From a virus: DNA of 64,000 nt. The stretch spans positions 1 through 64,000 of the IMG/VR virus record IMGVR_UViG_3300019487_000024, one strand, 5' to 3'. This document shows, one piece after another, positions 1 through 8,330 of the stretch (position 1 is the stretch's first letter; every line of letters begins with the position of its first letter). The translations under genes and the position numbers were made by a program. Below the pieces are notes generated by a model. The model worked only from the letters and a program-made list of their open reading frames with translations, did no database searches and was not told the origin of the DNA.

Positions 1-2
1 GT

Positions 3-902
3 TTGGGTTGTTGGCAACAACCATCAGGTTCAAGAATGATTCTCTACGTGAATGATGCTGCTCCAACGGGAAGTATTATTGGAGGAACACGGGAAGCATG
101 GGCATGTGGCTACGAAAAAATCATAGGATTAACTGGAAGCACTTATCCAACCACAGGAACGGGATATGGAGTATTCCCTCACTATAGCTTGCTCTACGTT
201 TCCACTGCAAACGGAACTGTGCCATCATCTTCGATTTGGTGGAGAAAAAGTGCCAATGCTAACCTTGAAAATCGTCCGTGGGTTTTGTTTGGAGATGCAC
301 ATACTTTTTATTTGTTCGTTAACACAGGTGATGCGGCTGGTGTGTATTACACCTATTGGTTTGGCGATTTGTTTTCATTGCGAAATGATGATGTGCATAA
401 ATGTATAATCAAAGGAAGGATGGCTAATCAAAACAATGCTAGTTCATACAGGTTTGATGCTGGTGATCTTTTATTAAGACCTACTTCAAATGGCTGGCCA
501 CATTTTTTTGCGGCAAGACCCGCCGGTGGTGGTGGATTTAGTTGTCTTCTTAACGTTGTGGGCGACCAAGGAAAGAATACACCACAATCACTTGCTACTG
601 TACTAGGAGGGGCGGAAACCGCTAATGAAATGGCTGGAATAATTCCATATCCAAATTGGGATGGAAGTATTTTTTTAAGTCCTTTGTTTGTTACAGAACA
701 AAGTGGACTTTTGAGAGGAAGGCTTCGTGGACTATACCATGCATGTCATCCGGGAGCAAGTTTCACAGATGGACAGGAATTTGAGGGCACAGGAGAATAT
801 GCCGGAAAAAGATTTCGCTGCATTAAAAGCGGTCCCGCACAATTTGTAAATTCGACTGTGTGGTTAGTGGAAATTAGCGACACGGTTGAAACGAATTCAT
901 AA
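3..902 (+). CDS. Tail-appendage/virion structural protein, paralog 1 (5' end outside the window)
   Basis: Gly/Ser/Thr-rich. Closely similar to 905..1987 (CWQQPSGSRMILY, REAWACGYE, RG.LRGLYH, EIS.TV.TN). Lies upstream of the tail sheath. Confidence 0.6.
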   Translation: MGCWQQPSGSRMILYVNDAAPTGSIIGGTREAWACGYEKIIGLTGSTYPTTGTGYGVFPHYSLLYVSTANGTVPSSSIWWRKSANANLENRPWVLFGDAHTFYLFVNTGDAAGVYYTYWFGDLFSLRNDDVHKCIIKGRMANQNNASSYRFDAGDLLLRPTSNGWPHFFAARPAGGGGFSCLLNVVGDQGKNTPQSLATVLGGAETANEMAGIIPYPNWDGSIFLSPLFVTEQSGLLRGRLRGLYHACHPGASFTDGQEFEGTGEYAGKRFRCIKSGPAQFVNSTVWLVEISDTVETNS

Positions 903-904
903 AT

Positions 905-1987
905 ATGCCAACATCACAACTCAGAGTATTTTCATCATATGACTCAGGTGCTCCACAATTGAGGGGTATAAGCGGGTCATTGGTAGATTTATTCGATGCA
1001 GTTCTGGTGAATGGATATGGAGGAACTAGCTCATTGGGATGGACAAAGCCATTGGCAAATGATGCATCAACGGGAAGTTTGGGGTGCTGGCAACAGCCAT
1101 CGGGGTCGAGAATGATTCTCTACATCAATGATGCTGCACCAACGGGTAGTATCAATGGCGGAACACGGGAAGCATGGGCATGTGGATATGAATCCATACT
1201 TGGATTGACGAGTAGTGTGTTTCCAACAACGGGTACTGGTGGAGGACAATTTCCTACAGGAAGCCAGATAACTCCGGGGTTTGTATCTATTGCTAACGGA
1301 GGAGTTACTTCTTCATCTTTGTGGTGGAGAAAGAGTGCAACCAATGAATCTTCGAGTAGATACTGGACCATGTTTGGAGACTCTTCAACCTTTTACTTGT
1401 TTGTTCAAGCGGGAGATACGTATGGAGTTTATTATGTCATGTGGTTTGGGGATATTTACTCTTTCAAAGCCAATGATCCATACCGATGTATGATTCATGG
1501 AAGAATGGCAGATACGAACAACTCTTCCATTTATAGATTTGATGCAAGTGATTTGCTGATGTCACCACTTTCTACGGCTTGGCCATGTTTTTTTATGGTG
1601 CGAGGATTCAATGGAATTCCCGGCAGTGCTCCATGTAATAAAGTAGGAGACCGTGGGAAAAATCTATTTTTGGAGTTAACCACCCCGGCAGGAAGTTCTG
1701 AAGCGGTATGTGAATGGGGAGGACTCATTCCTCTTCAAGCAGACAATGGATTGTTATTGTCTCCTATATTTGTGGCGGATGGTGGAACGGGGCATCTAAG
1801 AGGAAAAATGCGTGGTCTATACCACACAAATCACATCGTAACTTCATTTACAGACGGTCAAGTTTTGACTGGATCGAATGAATACGCAGGAAAGGTATTT
1901 CAGGTTATAAAAACCGGACCATTTACCAATGCGGGCGTTCTATCATCTTGGGTCGTTGAAATAAGTAACACGGTCGATACAAATTAA
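905..1987 (+). CDS. Tail-appendage/virion structural protein, paralog 2
   Basis: N-terminal D.GAP.L.G..GSL..L.DAVLV.GYG...GW.KP motif of a type I recognise from phage tail-associated proteins; paralog of its neighbours. Confidence 0.6.
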   Translation: MPTSQLRVFSSYDSGAPQLRGISGSLVDLFDAVLVNGYGGTSSLGWTKPLANDASTGSLGCWQQPSGSRMILYINDAAPTGSINGGTREAWACGYESILGLTSSVFPTTGTGGGQFPTGSQITPGFVSIANGGVTSSSLWWRKSATNESSSRYWTMFGDSSTFYLFVQAGDTYGVYYVMWFGDIYSFKANDPYRCMIHGRMADTNNSSIYRFDASDLLMSPLSTAWPCFFMVRGFNGIPGSAPCNKVGDRGKNLFLELTTPAGSSEAVCEWGGLIPLQADNGLLLSPIFVADGGTGHLRGKMRGLYHTNHIVTSFTDGQVLTGSNEYAGKVFQVIKTGPFTNAGVLSSWVVEISNTVDTN

Positions 1988-2995
1988 ATGGCATTCACAA
2001 TTTACAACTGGTTTGACACTGGTGCTCCGACACTGACGGGGTTAACTGGTTCTTTGCTTTCTCTTCTTGACGCTGTGTTGGTGACTGGATATGGAACTAA
2101 GCCCGGTGCGGGATGGACCAAGCCATTAGGAAATACAGGTAGTTATGGAATGTACAAATTGGGGAATGGAACTACAGCGTCATTGTTTGTATATGATGCT
2201 GGTTCTGGAAGTGCCGGGGGATGTGAAGCTTTGATGACGGGGTGGGATTCTATTACATCAATGGATGCCGGTGCTGTTACTGGAAGCAATGCTTTTCCTA
2301 CATATGCTCAGGTTTCCCTTGGATTGGGTTCGGCGGGAAGTGCGGGAGCTATTGCAGTAAGAAAAAGTTCCATAACATCTTCGGCTCCAAGACAATGGAT
2401 TGCTTTTGCTGATAGTGCATCGTTGTATTTGTACACCAGAACCCTAGATGTTTCTTTTGCATCCAGATATTCTGCATTTTTCTTTGGAGATATTTATTCC
2501 TTGAGGAGCGGCTCAATTGATTCGTCTAGGTGTATGATTATCGGACGAAATGTTTCTAGTAGTTCAGTGGCGACAAGTGATTATTTGGATCAAGTTCTTA
2601 CGGCAGGAAACACATTAGTCACTCCGCTCCTTGGACATTATGCGGCTCATGGATTTAGTGGAAGTGGAACGAGTATGGCAATGAGCAAGCATGGCAACAG
2701 CTTTTTGGCAAACAACAGTTCCGTTTTGTTGGGGTCTTTACCATATCCAAATGGAGCAGATAATTCCGTATATTTAAGTCCACTGTGGATTGTAGAATCT
2801 CCTACTGGAACAATCCGTGGAAGAATGCGAGGGCTTTGGCACATTCTTCATGCATCCGCAAGTGTGTATGATTATCAAACATTTTCTGGTTCGGGAGATA
2901 CGGCAGGAAAAATTTTTCAAATCGTGGCTGGTTCTGTAAACACAGCCAATTTCACTATGGAAATTAGTGATACCTTAGAAACAAATAGTCAATAA
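1988..2995 (+). CDS. Tail-appendage/virion structural protein, paralog 3
   Basis: Same N-terminal motif and C-terminal RGRMRGL.H...EISDTLETN. Confidence 0.6.
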   Translation: MAFTIYNWFDTGAPTLTGLTGSLLSLLDAVLVTGYGTKPGAGWTKPLGNTGSYGMYKLGNGTTASLFVYDAGSGSAGGCEALMTGWDSITSMDAGAVTGSNAFPTYAQVSLGLGSAGSAGAIAVRKSSITSSAPRQWIAFADSASLYLYTRTLDVSFASRYSAFFFGDIYSLRSGSIDSSRCMIIGRNVSSSSVATSDYLDQVLTAGNTLVTPLLGHYAAHGFSGSGTSMAMSKHGNSFLANNSSVLLGSLPYPNGADNSVYLSPLWIVESPTGTIRGRMRGLWHILHASASVYDYQTFSGSGDTAGKIFQIVAGSVNTANFTMEISDTLETNSQ

Positions 2996-2998
2996 CGT

Positions 2999-4021
2999 AT
3001 GGGATTCACAGTATATGCATCTACAGATTCCGGTGCCCCGACATTGAATGGGCAAACGGGGTCTTTGTTGTCCGTGCTTGATGCCGTATTGGTTAATGGT
3101 TACGGAGCCAAAATTGCTGCGGGATGGACGAAGCCATTTCCTAATACAAGTAGCTATGGAACATTTCGACTTGGAAATGGTTCCACTGGTTCTTTATTTG
3201 TCAATGATGCTGGTTCTGGAAGTGCGTCCGGGGCAGAAGCTTTGATGACTGGATGGAGTTACATGTCGGCGATTACCAATGGTGCTGTGACGGGAAGCAA
3301 TCCATTTCCAAGTTATCAAGCTCTTGCTATTGGTCCCGGTGCTGGTGGTGCGGCTGGAGCCGTTGTACTGAGAAAAAGTACGGTTACTACTGCCGTTGCA
3401 AGATCGTGGATTGCTTTTGCGGATAGTGCATCGCTTTATTTTTTTACTAAACCCGCCGACCCTGCTACATTTGCAAATAATCGTTGGTCAGCATTTTTCT
3501 TTGGAGATATTTATTCTTTGAGAAGTGGTTCGGTAGATTCGTCTCGTTGTATGATTATTGGGCGAATCAATCCAAGTTCATCGGCTGTAGCAGATGATCG
3601 CATGGATGTTACGAATACGGTTGCTCTTGGATTGAATGTCAGTGTAACCGGACATTTTTTGGCAAATTTTTTCGGCGGAACATCAAGCAGCGTTCTTGTA
3701 GGAAAGTTTGGAGACTTGAATAAGTCTGCAAATAATAGCATATTAGTTGGTTCTGTTCCTTTCTTAAACACTTGTGACAATTCATTACACATAAGTCCAT
3801 TGTTCTTGATGGATGCGGCTTTTGGTACTGTTCGTGGTAGAATGAGAGGATTTTATCACATTCTTCATGCTTCGGAAAGTGTTAGTGATGGGCAAGTATT
3901 TACAGGTTCAGCAACCTTTGGGGATTATCAAAATAGAAGCTTCCAAGTCGTCGCAAGTTCGGCGAATGCTGCTATGTATTTAATAGAAACGAGTGACACG
4001 TTGGAGACCAACGTTCCATAA
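2999..4021 (+). CDS. Tail-appendage/virion structural protein, paralog 4
   Basis: Nearest to paralog 3 (WIAFADSASLY, SAFFFGDIYSLRSGS.DSSRCMIIGR shared). Confidence 0.6.
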   Translation: MGFTVYASTDSGAPTLNGQTGSLLSVLDAVLVNGYGAKIAAGWTKPFPNTSSYGTFRLGNGSTGSLFVNDAGSGSASGAEALMTGWSYMSAITNGAVTGSNPFPSYQALAIGPGAGGAAGAVVLRKSTVTTAVARSWIAFADSASLYFFTKPADPATFANNRWSAFFFGDIYSLRSGSVDSSRCMIIGRINPSSSAVADDRMDVTNTVALGLNVSVTGHFLANFFGGTSSSVLVGKFGDLNKSANNSILVGSVPFLNTCDNSLHISPLFLMDAAFGTVRGRMRGFYHILHASESVSDGQVFTGSATFGDYQNRSFQVVASSANAAMYLIETSDTLETNVP

Positions 4022-4022
4022 T

Positions 4023-4541
4023 ATGCCCATTGCCAAAACAAATCGTACTACTGCTGCATACAATCAAGGCACAATTGAACGTCGTGCTTTGAATATCTCA
4101 TCGAGTATTAGTAGTTGGAATCAGGGGGTGTCTATCGGTGGTCCAACAAGTATAAGGGGAGATGACTCTTATGTTCGGTCTCTTCAATTTGGTGTTACTA
4201 AATCCCTTGCAGAAGGTAATCCTGCGACACCCGTCCTTCAACTTACTCAAGTAAGCATGTGGAAGTTTAGATGGGTTGTTAAGCCGGGACAACGTAGAAT
4301 TTCCGTTAGAACAAAACAAATCAGATACTATCCGGGTTGGCGTCCTACGATGACAATCAAGGCAAATCCGAACGTTGGATTAAATTCTGATGCCGTAATC
4401 ACAGCCAATGATAATGTGGACTGGGTGATTATGCAACATGTTTTTACGGCAACGGGCACAGATGTAGTGTTCGTTGAGCTTAGGAACAACCTATTTATAG
4501 ATGGTTATCCTGCATATTTTGACCATATTGTCGTCACATGA
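4023..4541 (+). CDS. Hypothetical virion protein, possibly a beta-sandwich domain
   Basis: ATG at 4023, 1 nt after the previous stop; beta-rich C-terminus ending YFDHIVV. Confidence 0.5.
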   Translation: MPIAKTNRTTAAYNQGTIERRALNISSSISSWNQGVSIGGPTSIRGDDSYVRSLQFGVTKSLAEGNPATPVLQLTQVSMWKFRWVVKPGQRRISVRTKQIRYYPGWRPTMTIKANPNVGLNSDAVITANDNVDWVIMQHVFTATGTDVVFVELRNNLFIDGYPAYFDHIVVT

Positions 4542-4705
4542 ACATCCAACCTATCCCCCATGAATTTTTAGTGTGGTATGTCGGTGCTCCGGTAGTATGT
4601 ATTAACGTCGATCTTGAGTTTGAAGTATGGGCACCCCAAGGGTATCCCGTTGAAGAGATTGACGAAACGTGGAATCCAGAACGCCGCAGAGCGGACTTAT
4701 TTTAA
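4538..4705 (+). CDS. Small hypothetical protein (55 aa, not in the ORF track)
   Basis: ATGA overlap with the upstream stop; reads MNIQPIPHEFLVWYVGAPVV...ERRRADLF* and fills the gap to the next gene. Confidence 0.55.
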   Translation: MNIQPIPHEFLVWYVGAPVVCINVDLEFEVWAPQGYPVEEIDETWNPERRRADLF

Positions 4706-4718
4706 CCAAAGGAAAGTT

Positions 4719-5012
4719 ATGAGCGAACCATTAAAGATTTCGGCAGAAGAACTTGCAGAAATAAAATTACTTCAGTCGAAGTTTCAGGAAAGTATTTATA
4801 AGTTGGGAAATCTCCAAATTGAGAAAATGGAGCTTGACCGACTCGTCACAGAATTCGTTGAACGGGAGAAACGGCTCAAGGAAGAGTGGACCTCTTTACA
4901 AAAGCTCGAACAGGGTTTAATGGACAAGATTGTGCAGAGGTACGGAGAGGGAAATCTCAATATGGCGGATGGAACTTTCATTCCTTCTGCCACAGTTCCA
5001 AAAGTTGTTTGA
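4719..5012 (+). CDS. Small coiled-coil protein
   Basis: Probable start ATG 4719 after GGAAAG; heptad-rich, ends with a ..YG.G.LN..DGTF motif. Confidence 0.6.
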   Translation: MSEPLKISAEELAEIKLLQSKFQESIYKLGNLQIEKMELDRLVTEFVEREKRLKEEWTSLQKLEQGLMDKIVQRYGEGNLNMADGTFIPSATVPKVV

Positions 5013-5044
5013 GTTCGCTATAAATATTTGCTTCTTGAGTTTTT

Positions 5045-5060
5045 GGCATATATTTATAAC
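5045..5060 (+). promoter_or_regulatory. Putative late promoter GGCATATATTTATAAC (tail sheath)
   Basis: An identical 16-mer lies upstream of the tail tube gene (14708..14723). Confidence 0.6.
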
Positions 5061-5112
5061 TGAAACGAACTTTCATTAGACGAACAATCATTTTGAAAGA
5101 AGGATAAAGCAT

Positions 5113-8100
5113 ATGCCAATCACAGAAGGTGGAAGATTTACTCCAAACGACCGCATTGTAAGTCCGGGTGTATTCACTCGTGAAAATGACCTCTCAGGCA
5201 TCGCTCAAGGCGTTGCTGACATTGGAGGCGTTGTTGTAGCCCCATTTGCCAAAGGTCCGGGATTTTCCCCTACTCTGGTCAGAAGTGTCGCTGAACTCGA
5301 AAGCAAATTCGGCATCGCCGATGGAACCCTCTATGGACCATATACGTCCAAGCAGTACCTCCAAGAAAAAGGATTTGTAACTGTTTGCCGTGTTGGTGCT
5401 CTTACTGGTTATCACCAGAAGTATCCGTGGGTCATTTGGGCTGAAAAGGGCACATGGCTCCGAGCACCAGATTCCGCCTCCATTGTAACTTCCGAATCAA
5501 TTCTCTCCCAAGATGGACTCACCTTCTCCACCGCTGGGCAGAACACAAGTGCTTCGGTTCATACTTACACTGGCTCGGTCAATTTTGTAAGCCAATCCGT
5601 AACGTTGGTTCTTTCCGGTAGCACTTTGTATAATGGTGCAACCGTTGAAGGAAACATCAGCGGAAAATTCAACTTCACAGGTTCTTTGAACCTCTCCACG
5701 GCTTCTGCAACTTCTGCATCTATTCTCCAAGCAATCTTTGATGCAGGTCTATTCACTGGAAGCGTAGCTCAAGCTCTGTTCTCAAGCACTCAGAAACCAT
5801 TTGACACGGTTGTCTGGACTGGTGGATTCGTCAGTCAATCATTGGATGCTTGTGGAAACCTTGAACTCAATGTTGGTGGTGTTCTTACGGGAAGCATTGG
5901 AAACTACGATGGAAACTTCACTAGCGGAAGTGGAACGTTTGACCCATGCACCGGACAATGGACCTTCAGCGGAACCGAGTATAAGGTTCTCGCAGTCCTT
6001 TCCGACACTCAAAACGCAACGATCAACGCACAGCTTCAGGCTCCCGGTTTCTTGGGGTCTGTTCAAAGCTATGCTCCATCTCCTTCTGGCAGCGATGCTG
6101 TAGGAGTGGCATTTGACCTTGCACTCAGCCAATCCGAAGACGGTGGATATGGTATCTACAATTTCTCGCTTGACCCGGATAGCGTCAAATACATCACGAA
6201 TGTATTCGGACACGACCCACGAGCAGGAGACCCAGAAACCCATGCCGCTGGAACAAAGATTGAAGCTGCATATCTCTACAAGATTTTTGAAGATGACATC
6301 GCATCTATCGCAAATGATCCATCTTCATGGAGAATTCATGGTGATGCAATGCCTTCTGGCTCTTGGAACGGAGAACCTCTCCAATTCACTGACCAGTACT
6401 CGCTGGATTTGACCAACGGAGATTCTTCGTTTGGCTTGACCAACGCCGCAACTCCTTGGGTTGTGTCTCAGCAAATCGCACCGTTCAATGGTGGAAACCC
6501 AACCCGTTTCCCACTGTTCCGCTTGTTGACTCTGAGCGACGGTACGAACATGAACACGTCCTACAAGATTGAAATCTCCAACGTCCGTCTTGCCGGAACT
6601 GTGGCAGGAAGCGATTGGGGAACTTTCACTCTGACGGTTCGTGACTACAGCGACACCGACAAGAAGCCAAAGATTTTGGAACAATTCAACAATCTTAACC
6701 TTGACCCAACCTCTGCGAACTTCGTTGCTCGCCGTATTGGTGACAGGTACAATTACATCCGTTTCGATGGAAAGATCATTGAATTCGGAACTTACGACAA
6801 CCTCAGCAACTATGTTCGTGTTGAGGCAGCAGATAATCCATATCCAAAGTCTTCGGTCCCATACGGCTTTGAAGCTTATGTGACTCCGGTCAACGGAGCA
6901 CTCGGACAGCAATGTCACGCAGTTGGATATACAAAAGCATCTGTCTATGGATTGTTCCCCGGCAAGTATCCATCTGGTGTGGACTTCAATGGTCCTCCGG
7001 TTGGTGCTGATGCTCAACTATCCGCACTGTATCCAACTTCTTCGGCAGGAGTTGAGCATTGGAGAGACAATCTCCAGTACTTCGCACCACTGCCAGTGGA
7101 TGCAACTATCGGAAACAACGTAGTATTTGCTCTTGACGAAGAAATCAGTGCAAACGGTGTTGGAACGGGGTCGTTCATTGCTTCAAGCAATGTGGTTCCA
7201 TCAACATACGATGCATCGAAAGAAACCACCTACGTCAAGATGCGTAAGTTCGTCTTCGGCTTCCAAGGTGGTTTTGACGGTCAATCGCCAGCTATTCCGC
7301 TGAACACAGGTGCAGACATTACTGCGGGCAACACCCAAGGTTTGAACTGTGCTTCGAGCACAACGGCAGGATCGATTGCTTACAATCAGTGTATTGGTGC
7401 CCTCGGCAATGCAGACGAGTTTGACATCAATCTCATTGTGACTCCGGGTATCATCTACTCGTTGCACTCCTACGTGACTATCATCACTCTGGAAATGTGC
7501 GAACGCCGTGGTGATTGTTTCTACATCCCCGATCTGTATCAAGACGATGGTAATCCAACGGCTGGTCAGATCGATGAAGTGGTCAATCTTGCCAAGGAAT
7601 TCGACACAAGCTATGCAGGAACATACTATCCTTGGATCAAGATCAAGGACACGAATATCAACCAAATCGTGACCGTTCCTCCATCCGTTGTGATGCCAGC
7701 AGTTTACGCCGCTAACGACCGTGTTGCGGGTGAATGGTGGGCAGCAGCAGGCTTGAACCGTGGTGGTATCCCACAGGCAGTTCAAGTAACTGACCGCACA
7801 ACTCACGTTGAGCGTGATTCGCTCTACGAAGGTCGTGTTAACCCAATCGCAGCATTCCCCGGACAAGGAATTGTGGCATGGGGACAGAAGACCTTGCAGG
7901 TTGAATCTTCGGCACTTGACCGTATCAACGTTCGTAGGCTGTTGATTGAAATCAAGAAGTTCTTCGCTTCTACGGCTAGGTTCTTGGTGTTTGAACAAAA
8001 CACTGCGGCAACCCGCAACAAGTTCTTGGCAATTGTGAATCCTTATCTGGAAAGCGTGCAGCAACGTAGTGGTCTGTATGCCTTCCAAGTCGTGATGGAC

Positions 8101-8238
8101 GCAAGTAACAACACAGCAGACTTGATCGACCGTAACATCCTTTATGGTCAAATCTGGCTCAAGCCAACCAAGGCTGCGGAATTCATCGTGTTGGACTTCA
8201 ATGTCCTTCCAACGGGAGCTTCCTTCCCAACGGCATAA
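5113..8238 (+). CDS. Contractile tail sheath protein (gp18-like)
   Basis: N-terminal SPGVFTREND; C-terminal YYPWIK..W.A.AGLNRG..RVNPI..WGQKTL..DRINVRRLL..FEQN..AEFIVLDF sheath signature. Confidence 0.95.
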   Translation: MPITEGGRFTPNDRIVSPGVFTRENDLSGIAQGVADIGGVVVAPFAKGPGFSPTLVRSVAELESKFGIADGTLYGPYTSKQYLQEKGFVTVCRVGALTGYHQKYPWVIWAEKGTWLRAPDSASIVTSESILSQDGLTFSTAGQNTSASVHTYTGSVNFVSQSVTLVLSGSTLYNGATVEGNISGKFNFTGSLNLSTASATSASILQAIFDAGLFTGSVAQALFSSTQKPFDTVVWTGGFVSQSLDACGNLELNVGGVLTGSIGNYDGNFTSGSGTFDPCTGQWTFSGTEYKVLAVLSDTQNATINAQLQAPGFLGSVQSYAPSPSGSDAVGVAFDLALSQSEDGGYGIYNFSLDPDSVKYITNVFGHDPRAGDPETHAAGTKIEAAYLYKIFEDDIASIANDPSSWRIHGDAMPSGSWNGEPLQFTDQYSLDLTNGDSSFGLTNAATPWVVSQQIAPFNGGNPTRFPLFRLLTLSDGTNMNTSYKIEISNVRLAGTVAGSDWGTFTLTVRDYSDTDKKPKILEQFNNLNLDPTSANFVARRIGDRYNYIRFDGKIIEFGTYDNLSNYVRVEAADNPYPKSSVPYGFEAYVTPVNGALGQQCHAVGYTKASVYGLFPGKYPSGVDFNGPPVGADAQLSALYPTSSAGVEHWRDNLQYFAPLPVDATIGNNVVFALDEEISANGVGTGSFIASSNVVPSTYDASKETTYVKMRKFVFGFQGGFDGQSPAIPLNTGADITAGNTQGLNCASSTTAGSIAYNQCIGALGNADEFDINLIVTPGIIYSLHSYVTIITLEMCERRGDCFYIPDLYQDDGNPTAGQIDEVVNLAKEFDTSYAGTYYPWIKIKDTNINQIVTVPPSVVMPAVYAANDRVAGEWWAAAGLNRGGIPQAVQVTDRTTHVERDSLYEGRVNPIAAFPGQGIVAWGQKTLQVESSALDRINVRRLLIEIKKFFASTARFLVFEQNTAATRNKFLAIVNPYLESVQQRSGLYAFQVVMDASNNTADLIDRNILYGQIWLKPTKAAEFIVLDFNVLPTGASFPTA

Positions 8239-8251
8239 TGCAAAACTCACC

Positions 8252-8280
8252 AAAAAGGCGGGCTTAGTGCCCGCCTTTTT
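8252..8280 (+). terminator. Rho-independent terminator, likely bidirectional
   Basis: AAAAAGGCGGGC-ttagt-GCCCGCCTTTTT immediately after the sheath gene. Confidence 0.85.
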
Positions 8281-8293
8281 GTTTTATAGAATG

Positions 8294-8326
8294 TTGACTT
8301 TGAGAGTACGTTCAGCTATATTTATA
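8294..8326 (+). promoter_or_regulatory. Composite promoter: TTGACT-N17-TATATT overlapping TATTTATA
   Basis: -35 at 8294, -10 at 8317, TATTTATA at 8319-8326, ATG at 8331. Confidence 0.5.
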
Positions 8327-8330
8327 CGTT

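Noticed and set aside
3-4021. Diversity-generating retroelement or invertible tail-fibre cassette
   Set aside because: No reverse transcriptase or invertase in the window; differences between copies are not adenine-specific, and all copies are complete and co-oriented.
5194-8253. Long minus-strand ORFs opposite the sheath gene (and similar shadows such as 36172..37098 +, 38024..38797 -, 55443..56297 +)
   Set aside because: They are antisense shadows of well-supported genes with no recognisable motifs.
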